Shown: positions 32,016 through 47,376 of the stretch, in pieces
Position numbering within the stretch: the first letter of the stretch is position 1
Layout: the number at the start of each line of letters is the position of its first letter
Assembly (NCBI RefSeq): GCF_009914755.1
Contig: NC_060927.1
Reading direction: 5' to 3' (one strand)
Source of the DNA: the human T2T-CHM13v2.0 reference genome, Homo sapiens
Length of the DNA stretch: 64,000 bases
Notes under the pieces: model-generated
Databases searched by the model: none
What the model was told of the DNA's origin: nothing
What the model saw: only the letters and a program-made list of their open reading frames with translations
Translations under genes and position numbers: made by a program

Positions 32016-32318
32016 TTTTTTTTAAAGTATGTAGTTAAGAGATAGGGCCTCATTCTGTTGCTCAGTCTGGGTTGCAGTGGCACAATTACAGCTCACTGTA
32101 GCCTCAAACTCCTGAGCTCAAGTTATTCTTCTGCCTCAGCCTTCTGAATAACTAGGACTACAGGCATGTACCATGATGCTTGGCTAATTTAAAAAAAAAA
32201 TTTGTACAGATGGGATCTCACTATGTTGTTTAGGCTGATCTCAAACTCTTGGCCTCAAGCAATCCTCCTGCCTCAGCCTCCCAAAGTTCTTGGATTCCAG
32301 GCATGAGCCATTATGCCC
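32016..32318 (-). mobile_element. AluJ in L1
   Basis: Diverged dimeric Alu. Confidence 0.88.
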
Positions 32319-33549
32319 TTCCTTTCTGTCTTTTAAATGGTGCTCTTAGGCCATTGATGTTCAAAGAGATTGTTGATATAGTTAGATTAATATCTATGAT
32401 GTTTGTTATTGTTTTTTATTTGTTGCCCTTGTTCTTTCTTTCTATGTTTGTTTTCTACTCTTATTCTGACTCTTGTGGTTTAATTGAGAATTTTATGATT
32501 TCATTTTTTTCTTCTTAGCAAATTAGTTGTACTTTTTAAAAACCTCTTTTAGTGGTTGCCCTAAATTTGCAATATCCATTTATAAATAATGCAAGTCTAC
32601 TTACAAACAGTACTATATTGCTGCACAGATACTATGATATCTTATAACAAAATAATCCCAATTCTTCCCTCATATCCCTTGTAAAATTGCTGTCATTCAT
32701 TTCAGTTGTGTATAAACATATATAAGAAAATATATATGAAAAAATATATGCATATGTAAGCATACATAGTCTAATACAGTGTGGCTATCATTATTTTGAG
32801 TAAACCGTTATTTGTTAGATCAATTAAAAATAAGGAAAATAAAAGTTTTAATTTTACCTTTACTAATTCCTCCTTTAATGTTCTTTCTTTCTTTACGTAG
32901 ATTTGAGTTTCTGACTATATCATTTTCCTTCCTTCTAAAGAACTTCTTTGGCAACAAATTTCCTCAATGTTTGTTTGTCTGAGAAAGTGTTTATTTCTCC
33001 TTATTTTTGGAGGATAATTTTGCATAGTACAGAATGCTAGGTTGGTGCATTTTTTTTCTTTCAACAATTTATATATTTAATTCCACTTTCTTCTTACTTA
33101 CATGATTTCTGAGGAGAAGTCAGATGTAATTCTTACCTTTGCTCTTCTATAGGAAGGGTGTTTTTTCTCTGGCTTCTTGTAGAATTTTCTCTTTATGTTG
33201 AGTTTCTGTACTTTGAAAGTGACATACCTAGGTGTAGTTTTTCTGGCATTTATCATGCTTGGTGTTCTCTAAGATGCCTAGATTTGTGGTTTGGTGTCTG
33301 ACATTAATTTTGGGAAATTCTTAGTCCTTATCATATCAAATATTTATTCTGTTCCTTTCTCTCTTTCTTTTCCTTCTGATAGTCCCATTACACATATGTT
33401 ATACCATTTGTAATTGTTTCAGAGTTCTTAGAGATTCTGGGGTTTTTTTTAAGTCGTTTTTTCTCTGTGCTTATCAGTTTGGGAGGTTTTTACTGAGATA
33501 TCCTTATGCTCAGAGATTCTTTTCTCAGCCATGCTCATTCTACTAATAA

Positions 33550-33871
<322 letters not shown>

Positions 33872-34821
33872 TACATTTTTCAATTCTATTGCAATGTTTT
33901 TGATCTGTAGCATTTCTTTTTGGTTCTTTCTTAGAATTTCCATTTCTCTGCTTACCTTGCCCATCTGTTCTTGCATGCTGTCCTCTTTATCCATTAAAGC
34001 TGAGCACATTAATCATAGTGGTTTTAAATTTCTGGTTTGATAATTTCAACATCTTTGCCATATCTGAATCTGGTTCTGATACTTGTTCTGTCTCTTCAAA
34101 CTGTGGGTTTTTTTTTCTTTTTTGTATGTCTTGTTTTTGTTTTTGTTTTTCTTTTTTGGATAGCAGGAATGATACGTGTCCTGGGTAAAAGGAACTGCTG
34201 TCAACAGGCCTTTAGTTAGGTGGTGGTAAGATCTGTGGGGAGAGGAAGTGTTCTCCTCAGTCTTTCAGTGAGCCCATTACTCTGGATTGTGAACTTCATG
34301 TGCCTCTAGGTCCCTTCCCCCACCTCACCTTAGGTGGGACAGGATGGCTGGAATGGACTTGAGTTGGATATTTAACCCCAGCAGGTCAGGCTCTGGTTAC
34401 ATAGTTTCTCCTGAGGACAGACCTTGTTAAGAACATAATGCTCTAGCATATTTCAAAATGGCTCCTTTTCCCCTCCCACTGCTGGAAGCAGGAGGGGATT
34501 TTTTTCCCTAATATTCACTGTGAGACCTGGTAGTGCTCCTGGAGGTAAAACCCACAAAAGTGTGGGGACCTCTCTATGATTCAGTTCCCCTGGATTTTTA
34601 TCTCTCAGACTTGTTCACACTTGTCTGAGAACTGGCTCCAGCAATTCACAGTTACAAGTTCAGACTTTTCTGTGCCAGCACTGGTTCCCATGGAGGTTTC
34701 TGCTCTTGAAGTTGTGATTCTCTGTATTTGCCTGTTGGTCTTCCCAATTTTGGGGGAAGCAATTTGTCCTGTGCCATCACTTCTCTTATAGAGCTAAGAA
34801 GAGTTGTTGATTTTTCACTGC

Positions 34822-35087
<266 letters not shown>

Positions 35088-35089
35088 TA

Positions 35090-35370
35090 GGATTCACTTT
35101 AAGTCTTTTCCTCCAGGGAGACTTCCCCAACTTTCAGGTCTGCATTAGGGACCCCTATGATGTGCTCCTGTAGATGCTTTTTGTTTCCCATAGCTTTTAT
35201 ACATATTGTGATTGTCAATTCACTTGTCAGATTCCCCCGTTAGACTGTTGGCTCTGTGTGGAAAGGACGGTTTGCCTTACTCATTCCTGTATTCTCAGCA
35301 CCATCCATCAATGCCTGACATATAATAGGTATTGAATAAATATGTGTTGGGTGAATAAATGAATGAATGG
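35090..35370 (+). mobile_element. L2 3' end
   Basis: AATGCCTGACATATAATAGGTATTGAATAAATATGTGTTGGGTGAATAAATGAATGAATG. Confidence 0.75.
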
Positions 35371-35619
35371 AAGAGCTTATTCTCTGTAATTACAAATAAA
35401 TTAGAAGCAGCTGTTAAATATAATTCATTCATTCAATCAATCACTATTTACTAAAAGCCTATCATGTGCCAGGCACTAGGTTAAGAAACTGATGATGAAA
35501 AAGCCACATAAATATGGAAACATGTTTGTAACACAATCTAATGAAAAAAAACCAGAATACATGTATGTACACCATAATTTAAACTCTTTAAAATATGTAG
35601 GAGGCAGGCTGGTATTGCA

Positions 35620-35875
35620 CAGTGGTTTTAAGATTTTCTATTTTTAGTTAAAGTCTCTTTCTTCAAATGAAATCTTAGAAGGACAATGTATAAAACATAA
35701 AAAGCAAGATTTTCTGCTTGATGCGGGGGCAGAGGCCAGAGCCTGCCTACCCTTTTCCTAGTCTGCTCTCCTGTCTGTCCTCTGTGCTACTGCCACCTTC
35801 CCAAGCCAGAAGTAAGCCACTGTGGCACCTTCACAGAGGATTATTTGAAAATTCCCAAAATAGACTTCTGGTTAA
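35620..35875. mobile_element. MER117-like hAT-Charlie relic
   Basis: CAGTGGTTTT...CTTTCTTCAAATGAAATCTTA...ATAAAAGC...TTTGAAAA. Confidence 0.6.
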
Positions 35876-36550
35876 ACATTGCAGTTTAAAAACCTGTGTT
35901 TTTCTTTCATCTCTTTCAAAATGCTACTAAAATGACAGCAAAGAAGCCAAAAAGGCCCAAGTCCACAAGACAGAAAGAATAGGTGAAAAGTCCATGTCAT
36001 CTCATTTTTGGAGATGGACATGGACAGGGGCTGAAACTGCAGTACCAGCAGATGGGGAGCTTAAGAAGGAAGCTAGTTCATGGCACAGCACCCGTAAAGT
36101 CCCCAGAATTGGAGGCACCAGATTCTTCTGAAAGAAAAGGTAAGAGGCGGAGCTGAAAACAGGAGGTTTATGGAAAGTCCTTGGAGAAAGCAGTCAGACC
36201 TCTGGATTCCTTCCTCATCTTTCAGCAGCCTCTCTCTTGTCCTGGCAGAAACCAGGTTTACTCTCTTGGGAAACTCAACCACAGGAGGATCTGGGGACAC
36301 AGACCGGCGAAGGATGGTAGAGATGCATCACTGAACTAGGAGAATTAAATGATTGGCTTAGGGTTGGGAATGCGACCTCAACTGGATCAGTTGAGGCCAT
36401 CCTTGGCATTTTTAAATTCTGAAGCTGGAAGTGTGGGGAGGATAGTGTGTGTATTCTGCAGGTGTTGAGGTCCTTGTTCTAGTCCTTGAGATTCCTGGCT
36501 CCGACTGTTTCCTGTAACTCTTTAATTCTATGAAACACCCAGTATTCTTC

Positions 36551-36935
36551 TATTTTATTCTGCTCAGGCTGCATTAACAAAGTATTACAGACTGGGTGGC
36601 TAAAAATGGGAATTTAATTCCTTGTGACTTTGGAGACTAGAAATCTGAGATCCAGGTGTCATGGAGGTTGGTTTCACTCTGGAAACTCTCTTCTTGCTTG
36701 CATATAGGCCTCCTCTCTGTGCCTTCACTTGGCCTTCCCTCTGTGTGTGTCTTTGTCCTAATCTCACTTTCTTACAGGGACACCAGTTAGATTAGATTGG
36801 GATCCATCCGAATGACCTCAATTTACCCTGATTACCTCTTTAAAGGCCCTATGCCAAATATGGTTATATTTGGAGGTTCTGGGAGTTAGGACTTCAACAC
36901 ATGAATTGTGGGGGGACAAAATTCAGCCCACAATG
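36551..36935 (-). mobile_element. MLT1A0/B-type LTR nested in an older MLT1 relic
   Basis: AGGCTGCATTAACAAAGTATTACAGACTGGGTGGCT ... GTTAGGACTTCAACACATGAATTGTGGGGGACAAAATTCAGCCC. Confidence 0.8.
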
Positions 36936-37149
36936 CCTTCTACTATTGCCAGCAAATAAATAGCTTTTGAGATAACTTAAGAGATTTTAAATTTAGTTTC
37001 TGGTGCTTGCACGCAAAGAGTTCTGACTTATACTATTCACTTGCCTCTTGGATATTGCCTTTTGTCCATTATAGTTGTCATTAACTGTTATTTAAATCCG
37101 CATTACCATTCACCTTTTCCTATGTTTCTGTTCCTTAAGATGGGAGGTA

Positions 37150-37385
37150 GATCATAGTTTGCATAGCCCATGGAGTCAGATGACCAAAGTTGTAAAGTTC
37201 TGTTTGCTGGCTGCCTGATCTTGGTGAAGTTCTCTGTGCCTCAATTTCCTTATCTGTAAACTGGGGATGGTGATAATAACAGATATTCACAGAGTTGTTG
37301 TGAAGATTAAACGTCTTAATGAATGTAAAGCACTTAGACCAACCTGGCTTATGGCGAGTGTTACATAAGTTCATGCTATCATTTA
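37150..37385 (+). mobile_element. MIR
   Basis: CTCTGTGCCTCAATTTCCTTATCTGTAAACTGGGGATG..AGAGTTGTTGTGAAGATTAAA. Confidence 0.85.
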
Positions 37386-40300
37386 TTCATTCAGTAGTCT
37401 CTATAGGGAATAGCCATGTGCCATGGATGTGGTAGATACTTAGTAAATATTCATTCTCTCTTGTTAATGTATGTGTTATAATAAGTGATTCTCAAAGTTA
37501 TCTTCAAATTCTTATTACTCTGTATATTGTTATCTGCCAGTGTAATGATATCTAAAGCACATATCTTAAATACTTTAAACAATCTGATATAACAAACAAA
37601 GATAGAGCCATTTTCTTCTACATTGGAAGCTGTGCTGTGTAGGATGAGAGACTGGGGTGGAAGTAGGGATTGCAGGCTTCTGGTCCTGGCTATACCCTCA
37701 CACTGTGAGACTCTGAACAAGCCTATACTCTCTGGGCTCTGCCTCCTTTATTTACACACCAAGGCTGGACTATGTAAGCTTTAGGCTCTTTAATGTTTTA
37801 TATCACTTATCTTTGAAAGGCCATCTTAGGTGAGCTGCTCAGAGTCTTTAAAAGCTACATTTCCCCCTCCTTTCTTACTTTAAATATAATGGTAATTAAA
37901 ATGTTTCGGAATTATATATTAGATGCATTTCGGGCATCAGTTACAAGAATGAGAAAGAAATTATTAACAGTTGGCAAAGATTAGTATCAGTTATAGTATC
38001 TTGTTATAAGTTTAGAATTTTATTTTCTAATGAGTAACCTCTCCTCCACCACACAAAAAACTAGTGTGCTAACAAAAGAATTAAAAAATGGGATTTTATT
38101 TGATTGGATTTTAACTTCTTGGCCATTCTTAATATTTTTGGAATAGGCTTTTGAGTCCTGACCTTCTAAGTCAATTTGTTAGTCTGCATCTGTAGTGTCT
38201 CTGGCACGGCTGGGAAGTGGTGGGGGGCGGGGGGTGGGTGGGTGCAAGAAAAGTAAAATATATGATGTTCACTCTTGACCAGCCTATTTTGTGCTGTGAA
38301 CACCCACACTTGCACACAATACTCAGACATATTAACACATTTGCATGCACTCTCCAATATGTGCAAAGTAACATCACATTCCTTCTTTCATTCAACAAAA
38401 ATGTGTTGATTGCTCACTCTGTTCCTGGGGATCTGTGTGAACCAAGACAAAGTTGACACTGTAGTTAGATATACCTCTCTGAATAAAAGAGTAAGTTTAA
38501 GGTAGAGTGAGGGTTAATTCTCTGTTTATAAGCCTCATGGGTGAATTCACACCGAGCAGCAGAGGGCAGTGTTCTCAGACAGGGCAGCTCTCCTGAGGAT
38601 CTGCAAGGAAGCAGGGCGTGCCTTGTGTGACTGGTGTTGTCGAGCAGATCATTTTTTAACACCCCACTACTCCATACAGCATTATTTTTGGTAATAATAA
38701 TGAAATGAATAAAAAGAAAAATGGACTGAGAGAGATTTTTATTTTATTGAACTTCGTATATGTAATCATTCCAATAAAAATGAAAAATAAAATAATAAAA
38801 TACATTTTATAGTATCAAAAAAGGGGAAAGTAGTGGACTAATACTTTTAATTACATTAATGTTTTTCAAACAAAAAAGAAAATACACATACCTACATACT
38901 AGACTGCCATAAAAATGAATAACATTACAGTGCAATAGTAATTACATAAGAAAAAGAACAATAAAAAAGACATCAATTTCAATTTTTAAAGATATTATTC
39001 AAAGGTGTGAAATATTGCACATGTGAAATAAACTTGCAGTTACCAAAAAAAATTACACCTTGTGGTTTACGCTGCATTATTATTTTAAATTTTAATTATA
39101 AATAAAAACTCCAAGTGAGTTTTCATGAGAGCACTAAATTGAATGAGAGAGAATTGAGGTAGCCCAAGTTCTGTCACAATCACTCTACTGCCATTGCTTA
39201 TTCCAGATCTAGTGTTTAAATGCAGAAGCAGATAGTCCCACATGGGTTGGAGCATGAAGTGTACCCAAAGCAAGCACAAATATGAATGATTCTGAACCAT
39301 CTGGAACTTAACTCTCAAACAAGAGTGTGTAGATAAGTCCATTTATGTCAAGTCTTCTCTGAGTTAACTCCCACACAGGAGTTATTACTAAAGGAGAAAA
39401 TGTGTTTCTTAAGAGATAAGCAATAACATTGCTGATTTTATGTATTACAAAATTGAATAATAACCACAGAAATTTTTTCGACTGCAGACCAACAAAAGAT
39501 TTAGCGGGGACGGGGAGAGCATTTGACCATTGTGTAGAATTGCCAATGTGTGAATATAGTAAAAGCAAATCAGCTTTTAGTCCATTTAATTATTGTTTTA
39601 AAATTCTCTATAGAAAATGTGTCTCCTTATTGCCTGAGACTACTCCTATTACTACTGTTGGTTTACCAATGCCATTGGCAATTGGAAACAACGATATAGG
39701 GACTGGACTGTAAATTAAAGCCATATGTATTTAACACTAGCAGGCCCAGCTCTACATGGGAACCTCATGAAGCCCCAGTTGACATTCTGGATCTTGCAGC
39801 AGAGTGAAGAGTCTGTTCAAAGCTGCTTTGCATAGGTTCTGAAATGGCTGCATAAGCTGGTTAATAGATAACCAGTCATTTTATAAAATAAGAGGTAGGG
39901 TGTGCATGTTTATGTGAGGGTGTGTGCATGTGTACACGTGGGGTAAAGTCAAGAAAGGTGATGAAAAGCACTAAGAATAACCGTAAGATGAATTTGTGCC
40001 CTCTCCTGGAAACAATGGGAAATTTTGGGTTTAAAAGTAACATGGATTTAAATAGCCTCTCCAAGTTTAAAATACCTCAAAGCGTTTAATTCTTCTTTTA
40101 GTTTCCCTGTGAGTTTGCTGAGATGTCTATTACCAGTTCAACAATGAGGCAATTGTGATAGGGATACTCAATGGTACTTTCCCCCAGGATGAATGTATGG
40201 ATCAATAGATGAGTTCTAGACATATTTATAAGAAAAGAACCAAACTTAGTGACAAGCAACCATTTAAAGCTACTATTTAGAAGTGTTCACTGATAGAGAT

Positions 40301-40390
40301 TGTACTTACAGATATTCACCAAAGAAAAATCTCCTGCATGTGCACCAGGAGACATGTTATGAAAATGTTCTGACAGTTTGAGGTTATTGA

Positions 40391-40745
40391 TCCTCAGCTA
40401 TGGTTTTCTGCTCAATGCTACTAATGACCCTCCAAAAAGATCACCTTCTTTTGAGTGCAGAGAGGTGGTTTTGGTCTTTGTTGTGGAGAAGCTCTTGGAA
40501 CTTTCTCACTGCAGAAACCATGCTGTTGTCGTGTTCCTTCTGCTTAGCCAGCTGGGCCTATTGCCCGCTGCTCCAGGTGTCCAGGTCTTCCAAGGCACAG
40601 CTCAGGATCACACTACCTCATGCCTTACACCGCTGGCTTCTTCCCTCCTACCCTGGGCCCTCCTTGTCACCAGGTGCAAGACACAACAGGACCACTGGGG
40701 GCACGCTGGCTTGATAGGGCCTCGAGACGTCAGGCTGCAGGCAGA
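40391..40745 (-). pseudogene. YWHAH: Processed pseudogene fragment of 14-3-3 eta (5' UTR plus N-terminal CDS)
   Basis: Minus-strand translation QLAKQKEHDNSMVSAVRKFQELLHNKDQNHLSALKRR*SFWRVISSIEQKTIAED aligns to 14-3-3 eta RLAEQAERYDDMASAMK...LSNEDRNLLS...RRSSWRVISSIEQKTMADG. Upstream AGCCAGCGGTGTAAGGCATGAGG and CTGCCTGCAGCCTG resemble the YWHAH 5' UTR. In-frame stops, no intron. Confidence 0.85.
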
Positions 40746-40769
40746 AAGGAAATGTCCCTGGCTTGTGCA

Positions 40770-41490
<721 letters not shown>

Positions 41491-41879
41491 AAAGAATATT
41501 TACTGCAGTAAAATTGTCACAATGCTCATTGTTTTATGATCACAAAATAAGTAATTAAACTATCAGTACAAAGAAAAAGAAGAAAAAATAGACAAAAAAG
41601 TACTTTCAAAACCGGAAACTAGAATTAAAGCAAACACAGACTCAGTGCAAAGAATAGATTTCACTTCCATTCTTTCTCTGCTGCTTATTTGCAAGCTGTC
41701 TTGTACACATTATATTTTAAATGTACAATATTGTGAAAAAATTGAGCTCCCTAAGAAATACTTAAATATATGGATGCCAATGATTAGTCTACAAAAGAAA
41801 AGTAATATTCAGAAGAGTAGTAGTTGTTTCAGATATAACTTTAATGTATTTCATTATAGAAAATTGGCTTGAGTTTCAG

Positions 41880-42090
41880 AAGTTCGGTTAAGAGATCTGG
41901 AGTCAGGCTGACCTGGGATGAAAAGCCCAGCTCTAGCCATCACGTAGAAGTTACCAAGTCTCTTTAGGCTTCAGTTTTTCTCCTCTTTTAGATAAAGATG
42001 GGATAGTACATAAGTCATAGGGTTATTATAGGTTTTAAATGAGATAATTTAGTATCTGATCCCCAGTGCTCAATAAACATTATTATTATG
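41880..42090 (+). mobile_element. MIR
   Basis: TCTGGAGTCAGGCTGACCTGGG..CATAGGGTTATTATAGGTTTTAAATGAGATAAT. Confidence 0.7.
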
Positions 42091-42250
42091 ACCCATAATA
42101 GTGCCAGTGAGGAAAACTAATTCTTTGTGAGCAATAATTGGTGTTGAGCAAAGCTGTATTAATGCTAGTTATCTTGGGAAAGATCAATTCTAGTTGGAAC
42201 TTTTGCAACAGAAAACAGGATGTGATTTTTTCATCATTTTAAGAATGTGG

Positions 42251-42284
<34 letters not shown>
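42251..42284 (+). repeat. (TG)n microsatellite
   Basis: Interrupted TG run, read directly. Confidence 0.95.
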
Positions 42285-44824
42285 AACTCATTCAACCCAT
42301 TTTATGGAGCACCTACCTTGGGCCCAACAATTTTTCTAGGCACAAGGTTAGATGCGAGTCAAGGTAGAGTAGGTCCCTGTCCTCAAGGATTTTCTGTTCA
42401 TGAAAAACAGCTTATTATTGTTCTTTTTTTGTTTTCTTTTGCAAAAGGAGCAATTCAGCACTTGTCATGCAGATAAGAGGTCAACACCCCAGGACGGAGT
42501 GAAAACCTAAGGTTTGTATTTTTGATACACAAAGTGCTCTTTTGGAGGAAACCAAAAAATGTCGAGTTTCTGGCAAGGTATGGAAACAGGACAGAAGGAG
42601 ACCAGAGTCGAAGCACCAGAGGGCATAGATGTGGAAAGTGGTCCTAGTTAGGAGCTGTTGCCCAGGAAATGTTGAGGGCACAAGCTGTAAGCAGGACCAC
42701 AGTGAAGACAGCTAGTGTCAAAAGCCCTGCCAAGCCAGTCCTTCACAAGGGCTGTCCAGCCTTTAGCATGGGGGACTCAGCATGGCAGGCCTGTACCTAG
42801 TAAAATTTCTGTCTTCCCAGTGGTGACAATCGGCTCCTTCCGCACCTGTAAGAGCAAATTTGGTTCTGCCACTGTCTGATTGCCTGGTGCTCACAGTTCA
42901 CTTCCCTGTCAAGCCAGGTCATCCTAATACCAGAGAGGACTTCACTTCTCCCTAGCAATGACCAATTCTGTGAAACTGATTACTCCAAACTGTATGTATA
43001 GACTTAGCAATGAGGAAAGGCTTTGCCAGATCATCTTTTAAAACTAAACCTCAACTTCGATGTGCTCGCTGTGCTCCAACCACACCTGTCTTTTTCCTTG
43101 TTCCTCAATGGTGTCATGTTTCTGTTACAGGGTCTTAGCATAAGCTATTTCTTCTGCCTGGAGGGCGCATCCCCCAACCATCACATGACTGGCCACATTG
43201 CTCAGACTTTAGCCTAGATGTCACCTCTTCAGAGAAGCCTTCTCTGACCACCTTATTTAATGTTGATCACTCCACCTGCAGCCCAAACACCAGCTAATAA
43301 ATTCCCTCCTACTCCTCCATCGTTTCTTTAATTTTTATGCCTCATGTGAAAAGTATCGAGTCAATCACATACTTCAGTTCATGGTATAATATTATTACAT
43401 TTCTTTCGTGGATATTTTCCCCATTCATCCCTGGTTTCCATTTCCGTTACCTCTCCTTTCACATATTCATTCACTATAAGGCATTACATATATATCCTTG
43501 TCTAAAAATGTAATATTGTCAAATGTAAGTTATTATTTGGTATATCATATGTTTCACAAATAGTATTGTGCAATAGACCTTGCTCTAGTTATTATGTTTT
43601 GTATTCACCAGTGTGTTCTAAAGACCCATCTGTATCTGTTATATATGTAGGTACACTTGGTTCATTGCTTCTAACTGATCCTTGGTATCCCGTAGTGTGC
43701 ATTCATCCCTGCTCTGGATACAGTCAGCTCCCAAATTCCATAAACAACTCCTTTGTAAGTAACCTCCTTTTGACAGGGGGTAGAATTGCTCAGGGTCCAG
43801 ATGCTCCCATTATTATCTGTTCCTCACCCTGGCCAGGCTGTGGCACTGCCCTGATATTATCCCATCACCTCCGTGTAGCAGATATTTTGTCTCAAGGTGG
43901 TTCCAGGCCAGGCGATTATCTGCCAAGGACAGTGGTTAGAGAGAGGAAACAGCCTGCAACTCTGCCTGCACCATGTCCTAACAGTGACTTTCTCTGCTCA
44001 GCCTATGGTTTACCCACAGCAGGTCACAGCCACCCTTTCTCTCTGCCCAGTGGTTTCTTATGGTTTTTACCTAGATTTACGTCGACTTGCAGATCAGTAC
44101 ACTCCTCTCCTGCTTCTGAGGCAACATCAGGGTTGGAATTTGTGGAGTTCCTTATAGTCTTCATAATGCTAATCACTACCTGAAATTATCATCTTTTTAA
44201 TTGGTTTACTTGCTTATTGTCTGTCTCCCTCACTGTAAGACTGTAAATGCCACATGAGCAAGGACCTTATCTGAACACCTTCCTAGGTTTGGGGATATCC
44301 CACCACATGCATACCACTGAGGGGCAGAGATGCCTTCCAGTGTAGAAACAGCTAGGACCATATAGTCACAGCCCCAGGCAGCTTCACAGCTAAGGCACGG
44401 GCATTCCTTCTCTATTTGGCCATCAGACCGACCTGTGAATCCCAAGTTGGAGAAATGAAGTCACCAAGGCAGTGGAGAATTCAGTGGTCGGGGCAGCTGT
44501 AGTGGCAGCAGTAGTGCCTGTGGCAACAGTTTCAGGAGTAGCAGTTGGTATCCTGCCTCCAAAGACAGAATGTAGGTCCACCAGCAGCACCGCCTTTACC
44601 AGACTGGTACTAGGACCTAATTTTGGAAGTGGTTCTTCCTATCGAGACTTTGGGCTACCTAATATCCTTTCAACAAATTTGTTATTTCCTAAATCAGTCA
44701 GAATCAACTTTTAGTGTGTAAACTGAGAACCCTCAGTAGAACTATTAGCCACAATGTCCGCTTTTATTGTCTAAGTCCATTTGAGCTGAACTTTCTGTAA
44801 CTTGAAGACAGAAGCTCCCTAACT

Positions 44825-45316
44825 CAGGGGTCCTCAACTCCCAGGCCACACAGCAGGAGGTCAGCAGTGGGCTGGCTAGCAGGGGAGGCTTCATCTGTAT
44901 TTACAGCCGCTTCCCATCACTCGCATCACCGCCTGAGCTCTGCTTCCTTCAGATCAGCAGTGGCATTACATTCTCATAGGAGTGGGAACCCTATTGTGAA
45001 CTGTGCTTGTGAAGGATCTAGGTTGTGTGCTCCTTATGAGAATCAATGCCTGATGATCTGTCACTGTCTCCCATCACCCACAGATGGGACTGTCTAGTTG
45101 CAGGAAAACAAGTTCAGGGTTCCCACTGATTCTACATTATGGTGAGTTGTATAACTATTTCATTATATATTACGATGTAATAATAATAAGAGTAAAGTGC
45201 ACAATAAACGTGATGTGCTTGAATCATCCCCAAACCATCCCCCACCCTTATCCTGTCCATGGAAAAATTGTCTTCCACGAAACCAGTCCCTGGTGCCAGA
45301 AAGATTGGGACAACTG
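44825..45316 (+). mobile_element. MER1A (hAT-Charlie)
   Basis: CAGGGGTCCTCAAC ... GATTGGGACAACTG termini with MER1A body. Perfect 8-bp TSD CCCTAACT. Confidence 0.92.
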
Positions 45317-46047
45317 CCCTAACTGATGTAAGAGTATGGGCAATAAGTGTTTTCAGTGCACTGAGTGATTAAAGATTGTTGGGGCAGGGTGTGTGCAAGT
45401 TGAACTTAGCTCAGTGCATCCACTGGCAAGGAGGTGGTAGCAGGAAATAGGCATGTGGTGACTTCAGTAACAGAGACGACTGCAGGGCTGACCTAAGCTT
45501 AGTAGCCTGGCTTCTCCGGGAGCTGAGGGTGAGCATCATGCCTGCTCCATCTCCCTCTTTGTTGTGGATAAGGCAGGTAGGAAGAATGACGGATTGCCTT
45601 ACCCTTTCTAATTGTTGTGTGCTCTCCATACCCCACCCAATCCTACTTCAACATTGTCACCTAAGGATTCACAAACCCACCCTTGTGCGAATCCAGCCGT
45701 CTGTGTTCTAGACTGGCAAGGACCATATCTGATTCTGAGATGCTCAGGAAGGTGTGCTCCCAATTGGCCCTTGTCCAGACTAGTTTACTTGCTGAGTATC
45801 CCCAGGGCACAGGAACAATCATTTGGGGTTGCGGCTTTGTTCATAGGGTCATCAAGACAGGAGGATATGAGGCAGAATCACCACACAAGGTAAGAGTACA
45901 TTTAGAAATTCTCTTGAGTAAATAATACTGGCTTTATCACTATGCTTATTTCTGTGTTTCTACTTGCTCTCAGATTTTGGCTTGGTTATTTCTTACTATC
46001 TTGTTAGCTCTTTGATGCCTCTAGTTTTGTTTTTATTTTTGATATTG

Positions 46048-46352
<305 letters not shown>

Positions 46353-47062
46353 ATTGTTGTTTTTTTTTCTGATTTAGCCACATTTTTTGTTATTTTCAGT
46401 GGGAGAATGGTCCAAAATATCTTGGTTGCCATATTGTCAGAAATGGAAATCTTCTATTGATTTTTAAATTTCATCATTCTTATTTTTCATTCTTATTTAA
46501 TTCTTCATTTAATTGGTTCTTTAAATCTCTTTGACATTTTAAGATAATTTCTCATTTCCTGCCTGTATTTTCAAGGTTGTTTGATATTTCTCTAAAATTG
46601 TTAAACATAGTATTTTGTATTTTGTATATAAGTCCAATATCGAAAACACCCATCCTGCCACTACAAGAAAAGTTTTGCCCAAGAATGAACCAACGTAGAG
46701 AAAAACAGAGCTAAGACAAACCAAGGCTAACTGCTGATTTAAGTCCCTAGATCCAGCTATTCTTGAAGCCTTCTCAGTTACACAAACCAATAATACTTAC
46801 TTTTTTTACTTAAACTATTTTCTGTTTCCATTACTTACAACCAAAATAGTCCTGATTAATACATAGAATAATGTGAATTTTTATTTTTATTCTGATTTTT
46901 ATTCTGACTTTATAAAAAAGAACTTTTACAATTATCCATTATGCTTGGATAAATGCGTGTGTAAATATTTGTTTGGGGTGGAGGATGTACACTGAAATGT
47001 TAACATTAGATTTCTGCGGAGGATGAGTTGGAAGGAATGAAGGAGACATTAATATCTTTTTC

Positions 47063-47376
<314 letters not shown>

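Noticed and set aside
43566-44183. 205-aa ORF, the longest in the window
   Set aside because: No ATG start, spans decayed L1ME/L2-like sequence, and has no recognisable protein similarity.
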